Below, piece by piece: positions 24,901-36,900 of a DNA stretch of 64,000 nt. Where the stretch lies: assembly GCA_002633005.1 (NCBI GenBank), contig NMRA01000172.1, positions 269,866 through 333,865 on the forward strand, in the 5' to 3' direction. This DNA comes from Phoronis australis. Its lineage: Eukaryota; Animalia; Phoronida. A model generated the notes under the pieces. That model did not search any database and was not told where the DNA came from. It saw only the letters and a program-made list of their open reading frames with translations. Both the position numbers and the translations under genes were made by a program. Every line of letters starts with the position of its first letter. Positions within the stretch are counted from its first letter, which is position 1.

Positions 24901-27900
24901 CCCAAACCTAAGGCCGACCAGTATGATGCTACTCTGTGGCGCACCGCCCACATTGGGAAACTCTACATGGGCAACGACTGGGCATGGCAGGAGTCCTTCA
25001 CTAAGTATTGTTTCAACTCATTCTGTCTTATGTTTTTAACTCAGTTAAAGCTGCTTTTAGCCCTACTTAGCTGGCTAAAAACAAAAGTCGTATTTGCCCT
25101 TCTCTCCTATAAAATCGGTCTCTGAGTATTCTTTACCTTGATTGGAGTTTGGTTTTCGAGATTCACAATTTTAGGTTTGTTCAACTCCATAAACTCTTTC
25201 TTAAGTTGCTAGTGATTTTAATGTTTTTATTGATAATAGAACTAGAATCACATGGTGAGGACTATTTTGAAACCGATTTGATTATAGTAAAGTGCCTAAT
25301 TTGATTTTTCATTGTTTTACCCAGCTCAACAGGGCAAAATACAGCTTTAAGTAAGAGGTTAAGTCTGAAAGTATTTCTCAATGACATTTTCGAATATGTG
25401 AATTTTAGAACATTTGGCAGCCATGTTGAGATTTAAGATGGACATTGACTGCTACAGAAACTAGCCTGTTTTATGTACACGAATGTTCTAGTGTAGTGTT
25501 CAGTGTTGTTTAATATAGCTTGGTTGTATACAGACCTAGTCCTATTGTTAGGAGTGTCATGTGACTAGGCAGGTTGGGGGAGATGTAGAGCAAGAAAATT
25601 GGGTCCTTTGTTGTACTGTATTTTCACTGTCCTTTGACTGATGCAAAATTAACATTAACTTCTACGTAATACTTACTGTTACCTGAATGGTTACATTCTT
25701 TGTACTAACGATTTCCCCAGAGCTGTTAGAAATAGATAAATACTTCAGTTGCTGTAATGTTTCTTATGTGTACATTGTAGGGTCACATGACACACCGGGT
25801 GTGTTAGGTAGACCAAATGTGAAGGGTCACGGCACCCATAGTAACTGCTATGATTGACTTGAAATTTTTAAAAAGAAATTTAAACTGAGGTAACAGAATT
25901 ATTTTTATAGTTGTACTTTTTCTTCTGGCTAGCTTAAAACTTGCAGCCATTTTTATGCGCCCACATATTTATATGTGGACGCATTATTTTACATTCGATC
26001 ACTTTTGTTTAAAGTTCCTTAATCTCTGTAATGTGATGCCAGGTGCAGTACCCTGGTTACCATATGTCCACCATTTGCAGGCCAGATGGACGTATTGATA
26101 TCAAGGTAAAGGTACCCAATCATCCGGGGTCATGGGTCATCAACGCATTTGGCATGAGTCGCAATAAGGGACTTGGGTTCCTTGGATCTCCTGCACGGGT
26201 GAGTAGACACACAAGAATTGAAAAACACCTCTATATTAACTTAACTTGGTTCGAAAATAGTTCTCATGCCAATACCCACTTTTAGATAAAACTGACTGCT
26301 TCAACTCCACAGTTGCCAGACAATATGCCTGTATCAATACCAAAATTATAAACGTGTGTATAGAGCAGGTACGTCTGCACCATCCTACATGGTCACATGG
26401 TGAGACATGAGTATGGTTCTGTGAAGGTATCAACTGCGTGCGCACACATTATACCAGATGAGTCTTTGTTTATCATTCCTATTACAAAGCAACCTAATCG
26501 TGTGGTAAAAAAGAGAACCCTCCCAGGAAGTTAAGTTCGGTGATATCATTGGCTGAGTTACTCCTTCTTTGTGATGTCATAATCACTGCTTTGAGAGTAG
26601 TGGACTGGTTTTACCTGCAAAAGGTTGCAAAGTATTGTTCTACTGGGATCAAGTTTTAATGTTTGATTTGATCTACTGAATGCTTTTATTTGATTTTATT
26701 ATATCATTTAATTCCCCTACGTGTTAACTTGCAGTACGATGCTACGCGTCCATTCTATATGGTCGTTGAGAACGCACAGCATGTACGTTTTGGTGAACAG
26801 GTCGGGTTCCGGGTGACCATTTTCAACTACTGGGACACAGAGATTGAGGTGCTGACGTGGTTACATGACTCGCCCGACTATGACTTTGTCATCGTTGACC
26901 ACGGTGGGAATGTGAACTCCTACGCACCCCGTACAGGAAGCAAAGACATGCAGACTCTTGTTGTGGTAAGTGTGACAGGAAGAGAAGAGGATTGTGGGAT
27001 ACCAGTGCATGTTATGTTTATGTGTTAGTTGTAGTGAATGTTTTGTCATCCAGTAGTTGAATGATGGTATGTGTACATGGTTCGTGTTCCTTAAGTCAAT
27101 TGCCGCAGGGTTTGCTACTCTAAATTTAAGAATGTTAATTGAATGTTTCACGGTTTCGTATAGTCACATGCCATCAGTTGTTGAATTGTTTTCAAGATAC
27201 GCTGTACATCTGATCTATTGTCTGCCAAATAATGATTAATCACACTTACTGTGTGCTGTAATTTCTAGGTCAAGGCAGGCACTTCACGCTACGTGTTCTT
27301 CCCTGTATTGCCGAAGAAAGTGGGTCACGTGGAGGTCACCATCAGTGCTATGTCATTTGTTGGAGCTGAGACGGTCAAGAAGACGTTCTATGTTGAGGTA
27401 AGTGGCCCAGGCGAGTGGATAAGTGTATCCTGGGGTGAGAGAAGGGCCTGACTACCTTGTTATGCATAGATGTATTGGTAGTTTGGCTATTGTTGCTCAA
27501 TGTCATCTTTGTCATTCATAATACAAAAAATTCATACTGTCAAATTTTTATGCACTCACATACTTATGTGTGGATGCATAATGTCGTCAATCCTGCCTGT
27601 CCGTCTGCCGCCGCCATCCGGCATCTGCTGCTCTATCTCCAAAACCCTTTTATTAATGTTCGTATTCCTTTTGTGGATGGGACGTCATGAGCGTCATTAT
27701 ATTATATGATGGCGACTTTCAGGTCGATCCAATGAACGCTGTGCCTCCTAGTGGCAATTTCATTTTTTCCATTTTCCTCAGTCTGTTTCTCTGAAAATTA
27801 GTAAATAGCTTTCTATTAAAGAAACGATGACATGTTCCCATTTTCAGACCTATTTTGCGCCATCAAGTGGTCATTTTTACTGTTTTTCTAGTCTGTTTTT

Positions 27901-30900
27901 GGTATCCACCCTCTCAACCAAACCACTCTAAGCATGATTTTGAAAATTGGCATTTATGTTTCTACTGTGAAGAGGACGGTTGATAATGATTTTCAGACGA
28001 CTCTAACTACTGTGGCACCTCCTAGTGGGAGTTTTTTGTGTCTGTAGCTGTATTTCCCAAATCCTCTGCAATTTTGGCTGGTATGTTTATTATGAAGTTG
28101 ACAACGCACTACAACAACATTTGGATAGATCCAACTGGGCCTCCTAGTGGCATTTTTTTCGGTGTCCTTTGTATGCTTAAAACTTCTTGTCAGATTTTTA
28201 TTAATTAAAATTTATAAATAGGTTTCTATTGAAAGAGTCGACATGTTCTCGTTTTCGGATAGATTCGACGTATAGCTGCTGTTTTTATTGTCACAAAATT
28301 TTTAATAGGTTTCTATTAAGGAAACAATGATGCCTTCTCATTTTCAGGCAGATTTTATGTATTCTGTGCCACTTGATGGCCATTTTAAAAATTTTTGATT
28401 GTTTTAGACGTCATTCTCTCCATCCATCAAAATTTGGTGATGTATTCCTGATGAGAAGAATGAGGCTGGGGTTGCTTTTTCGGATGTGTTCAAATACTCT
28501 CCCCCCCACTGGCAATGTTTTTGCATCCACGGCTATATCTCCTTTTGCAAAATCTTTCTGAAATTTTGCAGATGTGTTTCTATGGAAATGGCAACAGATG
28601 ATGGCCAGTTTCAGACCAATCCAACAGAGTTGTGCTGTCTAGTGGCAATTATATTTTTTACGTTTGCCTCTGTAACATTACTTAAGGGTTCCTTGATAAC
28701 TTTTCATGAAATTGAGCAAACAAATTTCTATTATGAAGACATCAGCATCTTTCTAGTGGCCATTTTAATTAGTTTGTAGTCTGTTTTTGTCGTCTGGTTC
28801 TGTATCTGCCATATCCTGCAGAGGATCGTTATAAAAATTGTCAGATTTGTTCCTACTGACAAGAGCATTGACTGACGTGGATTTTCAAATGAATCCAACT
28901 ACATGGGTGCCCCCCAGTGACATTTATCTTTGTCTCTCCTAAACCCCTTGCAAGATGTTTTTGAAGTTTTACAATTGTATTGACCTGACAGCAGATGGAT
29001 GGATTTGACTACTGCTGTGGTTTCTAATGACAATTTGTTTTTTTACTTTTGCCTTAAGTTTGTATCTTTGAAGGTCTTTGACAGATTTTCATAAAATTTG
29101 GCAAATCATTGTGAGAGACGATGACACCTTCCCATTTTTGCATGGGTTCAATGTATGCTGAGTCATCTAATGGGTATTTTTATGATACAGATAAACAACC
29201 CTAGAAGCACACTATTTGCGGTGCAGTCATGGGCACAGTTCAACACTCCGCACTGTTTTTTTTTTGAGTAGTTGAATAAACATGTGACTCAAATATTAAA
29301 ACCTAATATTTGCAGCTTGTGCTTAAACAAATGGTTGAACTGTGCTCTTTTTACTTTCCTGGCCATGTGTGATTTGTTGTTCCATCTGTTGGCAGTAGCA
29401 TACGATGCGGCAGCTGTCGCACACCCTAATATACAGGGCTGTGGAGTACTCAAAAATGCCCGCTCGAAAATACGACTGATTGCATATTCTGCACTCAGAT
29501 TTCCAGATTTGCACTCGTAAAAAGTGACTAATGAAAAAAAGCCGAATGTAGGACAATGTCCATACGAGCGAGTCCAATTTTCTACTCATATGTTTTACTT
29601 TTTCTTCTCGTATTTAGGAGCGTGAACTCGCTTATAATGAGCCCTGGTGTGACTGGGTGGCACGGCTTGCTTACACATGGTGCCACGTTGACCACACCCC
29701 TCTCACTGTACCCAGCTTCATCTGATCAACTGACTTGTTACACGACCAATGATATTCCTAAATTAGCCATATTTAGAGTATGCTCCTACGCATATCCTGA
29801 TCACGCGAGCGCATACCCCCTTCACATGGTGCGGGCTTGGTTGCACACTGTGTTGATTAACGAGTATGGTTGAAATCAGTTGCATAGTGAAATACAGCCA
29901 CTACTTCAGTGACTTAGACCTCACAATGGATGCAACAACTGTTGCGTACTAAGTATCTGTGACCAATGGTTCATCAAGTGCGACTACTGTGTGTTAATTG
30001 TGAAATTTACACTATCCATACTGTTTATTTGTAAAGGCCAACGGTGTTACAAACTATTACCACACACCGTTCCTGTTGGACCTGTTGAACACTGGCTCCC
30101 TCATCCTCCCTGAATTCAACATCACCATCCCGGCAGAGTTCATCCAGCCAGAGACTTCCTGGCATCTCTACGTACCTGGCTCACAGAAGGTCACCGTTAG
30201 TGCTGTTGGTGAGTCATAACTTAATATTGGTTACAGTGAACCAGGCTGACTAGAACCCTGGTCTGTTCTAGTCGCTGCACCTGCTGAACTTCTCATCTTA
30301 AATGACTGTAAAGTTACTTAATTGGTGAGCTCTTTATTTTACTCTGTGAAATCCTGCTGAGCCTGCAGAAAGGAACAAACCACATTACTTCCTTGTTTCT
30401 TTCCACGAAGAGTTAAATAACCGAAGCATGTTACAGACGTCTGCCATCTCTAACACCATAAGTAAACACGTGTCTTTGAACTGTGTAACGGACAGTGTTG
30501 TGGACTGGCTTATTGTGCTTGGAGGCCAGTGTGAAGATAATTGCTGCTTGTTCTTCGTTGACAATTTTTTTTGGATGTTCTTGAAATGACGGTCACACAA
30601 ATTTGTCATGTTAAGACACTTAATTCTCCATAACTGCACCCCATCGCTGATCACTGAGATTGCTATAATTAATGAAAATGACACTCAATTTTTACATAGT
30701 GAAATAACTCGTTTGAGCATCAGACTCTAATGTTTTTTTTTTCAAAACATATTAGCTGATTACATGAGATAGGAGATGTGCTTATACTTTACATAAAGTC
30801 AACAAAAATCTTTCTTAATGTTACTGTGGCTTCAGGGCCAAAATTTACTCGACGGCTTTGTTGGTAATTAACCCAAGATTCTTTGGCTGAAGGTTGCCCA

Positions 30901-33900
30901 CATGTTCACCTTATTATTGTGTCCTAGGTGACGTCATTGGGCCAGGCATCTACGATGACTTTGTTACCTCCCTGTCTGTGCTGAGAGAACCTTATGCCTG
31001 TGGTGAACAGTCAATGTTCAACTTTGCGTATAATCTGTACAACCTGAAGTTCTTGAAAGACACCAATCAACTGAGAGATGATATACTGAAGACTACACTG
31101 GAAGGGCTTAACTTAGGTACACCAGTTTGGATTGGGGGGGGGGCTCTCCCGTTTCCCAACGGTNAACTAGTCTGCATAGTGGCTTAAAATTTTGTGGAGG
31201 ATAGTTGTCAATCATGGGTGTCATTCACACACAATAGACCTTTTGAAATTGACAAGCAAGATCATTGAATTAAAGCAGTTCTTGATGAACCCTGCTCTGT
31301 GTAAGTAAACACAGCTTAGCAATGGGCTTATGGTCCTGGCTGAGAAGATAATTGTTTTATTACCCCGCGTGGATTCTTGGAATCCATTGTAGCATTATGA
31401 TTGTCTATTTCTACTGTTAAGCACTGATCAGAAATATTCGATATTTCTCTGCAAAGTATTGTATCTTGATGGGAACAACACTCCTAAACATTTTGCAACT
31501 AATGTATCCGTCTGTTTAAACACCTGTAATAGTGATTAATTTGAGAAACACAAGATTTGATAGTGAGTGAAAATATAATGAAACATGAGCTTTCAACAAA
31601 CTAGAGAGATTATTTAGATACACAAGTGTTCAACTAATTTAAAAGTATAAAATTCTAACAGACAACTAGACTCCATTTCTCATGTATGAAGTTTGGTACA
31701 ATGTCACCAATTTCAAGGTCTTCTGACATTATGGTGAACGACCACAATTTTTCAAATTTTTTTTATCGATTGTAGCTTCGGTACAGAACTTGAACGTGTT
31801 ATTGGTTTAATTTGATACTACATTGGTATCTTTTGTCAGAAAAGAAGAAACTAAAACTTCCCTTGTCTGCCATATTGTGTCCTGCATTGGTGAGGATTTT
31901 TTGCTTTTTTCAGAACTTGAATTATTACAAATAAAAAAGTCACATTTTCCCCAGAATATATGACATTGACATGTCGAGCATACAGAGTAAGAGCGGTGAG
32001 GGAATGTCTTGTATCTCCACAGGTCTGCAAGAGAATGATGCGTACTACCGCGAGGAGGGCATGTTTGCCTGGATGCTTGTTTTTGAAGACTGGAGCCAGC
32101 CCAGCGTCTGGCTCACTGCCTTCACTGTGGCCACTATGCATGACGCCATTGTGGCAGACTGGGTCAACGACTTCTTCATTGATATCTCCATGCTGGATAA
32201 GATGGCGTTGTGGTTGTGCTCACAGCAGAATATGGAGGGGCCGCTTAAGGGAAGCTTTAAAGGTTGAGTTGACTAAGTTTCCACCACGTGACTGTAGATA
32301 TAATGTGGATATTATAGACACAGTGGTCTATTGTATAGAAATAAGTGAAAGCTTAGGAACAGAGATATAAATGTTTCATGAAATATGGAGGCGTGTTAAT
32401 GAGGATTACTTTTGTTAGAACTTTACACAAAATGTTATATGACTTGTTCTTGTATCTAATGTTAAGATGTTATATGTAGACTTGTCTCCCCTGTTAAGAG
32501 TGTTGCATGCTAGTTGTGCTTCATGCCATTTCATGGGTTTAAAGATAAGTTATCATCATTGAAATGAAATGACGTTCACTCTTCTCTTCATTTCAGAGAG
32601 TTTTAATCCATATGTTAGAAGTGTACTTCAGGGTTTAGTTACCTCTTTTAATGAAGAGTGATGACCTTTTGCCCTTGAGTGCGAGTCATGCAAAATCCTT
32701 GTATGTTTCTAGAGCTGGCGCAGGTTTATGACCGCAACATGAGGTCACCGTACACGGAGGTCAACGGGGTGCAAGTTAAGGAGAATGTGACCCTGACTGC
32801 CTACGTCTTGATTTCATTGTCCAAACTTACTAAGCTGACTTCTTGGAATGTAAGTTCAACTTTGAATATTATGGAGATCTATTGCTTGACAGTCTCAAAA
32901 ATTATGATGTAATAGAACATCACTAGGTGGTGCTTGTGGCATATTGAATGTTATTTTATTAATGTTCCATGAGGTGCACGTTATAATGATCAAAATCTCA
33001 GCAAATAACAGTCTTAGAAGTTGTAGTCTTTAATGGTTTTTGGTTATTCACATGTCTGAAGCTGCAAACTATTCTTTGAGCTAAATAGCTAGTGTGCAAA
33101 ATACAGGCTTTATTTTAGAATTGCGCTCTGCATCAGTGGTGCATAAAATTTCTTAATTCTGGTCATTGGGCACATAAAAAAGGATTTGCTGTCATGCTTT
33201 ACTTTGTCTTTGGTCATAACCATCATGTTGATATTCTAACACAATGACAATGCAGAGTAGCCAATCAAAGCCAATGTCAGTGATCAAAACAGCAATGTTA
33301 TCACCCAGGTCAATTATAGTATGCATGAAAGTATGCAGACTCAACTTTTATTTTATGTCTTTGATTTACAGTTATGTGTTATGATGAATAATAAATCGGC
33401 GCATAACATGAAGCAGACAAAATCGCACACTCTAAAGTGCCCTCTTAAGAATCAATTCGAAAAAAGCCAGAAAATTTTTATGAATCCAAAGGTCTTTGAA
33501 ATTGGTCCTTAGATTTGAGGCTTTATGTGCCAGTTAACCCAGAACTACATTTTTGTAAAATGATCCCTGAAAATATAATGTAATACCGTTTCAGGTCAAT
33601 TTGGTGACACAAATAGCTCAATTTCAATCAAATAATTTTGATTCTTCAGGACGCGCGTGCTAAGGTAGACCAGGCACAAAAACTGGCCCAGGATTTTCTG
33701 GGTACCAAAGTAGAGACAATCACTGACCCATATACCATGGCTATTGTCTGCTATGCACTTCACGTGTCAGAGAGCACACGCAAGAGTGCCGCCTATCAAC
33801 GGCTAAAGAGCATGAAGACTGAGAGTGAGTAATTAAGACAATAACTACTCCATGTTATTTGCTCAATGGTGACAGTTGTTAGAATGCCTGCTGATTAGCT

Positions 33901-36900
33901 TGTCTGTTAGAAACCTATTTTCTGAAGTCACTGTGGACATAAAGGCACTGTAACTTAAACGTACTTCTTTGAAGAAGTTTTGAGTGGCATCTGTTTAAAA
34001 AAGCATGCTAGTTTTGATGATGGCTGTGCCACTCAGCCTGTAGGAGATCAGTCTGATATCTTTGTTTGATGTTGTAGTTGTTACATTCATTTAATATCCA
34101 AATGGTTTGTACAGATTTTATTTTTAAGACCACTTATGGTGAACGAATTTGTTTAGGATTTTCTCAGGTTACCCTTGGTGAGTTTTTTTTTGGGTGAACC
34201 AAAGTTTTGTACCTTGAAATTGTCACCTTCAGGAGATTTGTTTACATGGATTTAAATCTTCATCTTTGCAGTAAAGTCATGCATGATATAACCATGCTTT
34301 GCTGCAGTACTTTCATTCACCAAAAGATGGCACTGCCTTACAAGCAGAAACACTTGCCTGTGTTCTATTTATGCTCTTTCAATACCAAGTTCATCTATTT
34401 CTGTGTGACATTATCGTGCACATCACTACATATAGTAATATAGCTTTTGCAACGAATTTGTGGGTTTTCCATGTTTTCAAGTAAATTGAAATACTTAGGC
34501 TCTCATGTCAAATAAATCGCCAAGTTTGCACAGTTCTCAAGGCCACTATGATGACTGTCTTGTGGCACATGAGCAATAAACAGAGAGATTACACACTATC
34601 ACAAAAGTTTCATAAGGCGTGCGTTTGACAGTAACGTGCAGCATTTCGCTTCGGCGACTAGGTCAAACTTCACTCTGAGTTTTAGTGCAGTGAAAGCAGG
34701 ATGCAGTGAAAAATGTTCAATCAGTCTGGCTTTCAAGGTAAGATTGATACACTTGGCTAAAAAGTGTGTTGTCTGGAAACAAGTTTCCTTCAAGTTTTAA
34801 TTAAGAAGTGGCAAGGAAGTTTGATGTCTAAAAAAATTTTAGAATTCACCGATTGATTGTGTGAGTACGACATGCAGTGAAGTTAGTGATGAGTGGTCAC
34901 AGTGGAAGAAAGAAATTTGATCTTCAGTGCATACGCCTGTGTGGTTTTAGGCTATTGAAAACATTTTCAGTTCCTTAAAATTCCATTAGAAAAGAGGAAG
35001 GTCCCATTTAGTGTCGAAAAAGTTTCACAAGCTCTACTAATACATATACATTATAACGTTGTATGGAAAATGACGGATTTTGTATTGAATGAACGTGGTC
35101 CCATTTGTGTCATATACATACTCCCACTAGACACTTGTGCATTGCAGCTTGCCAACCCTCTCAAGCACGTCTCTGTCTCGCACTGTTTGGCTTTTATCAG
35201 ACAGTCAGGGGACTGTGCAGGCTAGTGCGATGATCTTAGTTGGTCTTTTTTCAAAATTGAATATGTAGGGCTTGGTTTCTTTTAATTCTGTGCTAATTAT
35301 GTTCCCTAAAACTTTTTTCAGCTCTTGTAGTCTGTATACTACTGAAATTTGCTGCATGTATTTTTGTAACTACGTGACAAGTGGGCATGCACATCATGGC
35401 ATTCCCTGCTGTCACTTTTAAAAAACTTTAATTATGAGATTATTTGAACATTTTTTTCAACGTGTACGAGGGAGTAAGCCAGAATTATCCAGCAAGCTCT
35501 CACTGTGTCAGCTCGCTCTAGTTACTGCAACATTTTGCTAGTCAACGGTACACTTCGCAGCAAAAGTAATCCTGCAAAAATCCGTTTCCTGTTTGTATCA
35601 TTCCAGAATTCTGATGGTGAACTCTGCTTGCAGTCACATGGATTATGTTTGTATTGTTGCCATGACATCATGACAGGGAATTTTTGTTATCTTGGTGTGT
35701 ATTGTACAGTACTAGACAAAAAGTAAGCAGACAAAATACTGTTCTACTGTCATGACGGCTAATTATGTTAGTAGCAAAAATGGCTGGTAATAACTATTAC
35801 GGCGGTAAAATTCTAATTAAAAATGATTTAGCCACCTTTCTAACTGTCCTCAATCCTCTTCATTCTGAATCATGAATACTACTCTGATGAGGAATTCAGC
35901 TTCCACACAGCCGTTTTGACGGGGTATTCCGAGTCATTTTGTCAGATTACTTTTGTCTTGTGCTGTATATTATCCTCCATTTGTCAGTTTCCCATATTTA
36001 TAATTTTCCGTGTCTTTAGGCGAGTATGATTACTGGTCACCAGTGGTAATTGCCCCTAATCCGTCAGCTACCATCAACACCATCGAGTATATCGACGCTC
36101 GTATTCCTCAAGATTACGAGGCCACAGCGGTGGCCGCGTCTTCATATGCTCTAATGAGTTATCTGTTGAACGGCGATCGTGACGAAGGGTCTCTTGTCAT
36201 GAAATGGCTGCAGACGATGCGTAACACAGTGGGGGGCTTCTCAGCAACCGCGGTGAGTGGCCGCCATCTTGTTTTTTAGAGACAGAATAGCTATGAAGTG
36301 TTTGGCCATTAACGGTTTTTGTTGTTTTGTGTTTTAGAACGGCATTAAAAATAGTTGAATTTTTTTAAATATAGCCATAGAATATTTATGCTGTGTAGAG
36401 TATAAAAAGTAGTGAGTAAACCTAATTGAGAAATAAATGTGATTCTTAATAATGTTCATCAATTCATGTTTGCAAAATCCTGCGTTTAATTGTGTACACC
36501 TAGAATATAAAAGCTAAAAACATTTTCCTTAGAAGTCAGGTAATTTATACCCAGTGAGACTTAGGACCACCCACTATATTTGGCGTTAAATTTTCATGCC
36601 ATATGTTCATTACCTGAAGTTACGTCAAAATTTCTAATTAAGTTAAAATAAAAAATATAATAATGTAATTAGTAACTCTAAATAGCACTTGTAGCTAATG
36701 TTGTCAATTCCGTTATGTCCCGACAGTAAACAGATCTATGTACCGGGTATTCATAAGTGGATGCCAAAATTAATGGTGCATTTTAGTCTATTTAACTAGT
36801 TAAGTAAAAAAAGAAAATTGAATTAGGATTCTGTTTCCGTTACCAAGGAGAACGTCAAAATTATCAGCGACTCAAGAAAACACTTCCGAGTTTATTGGGG

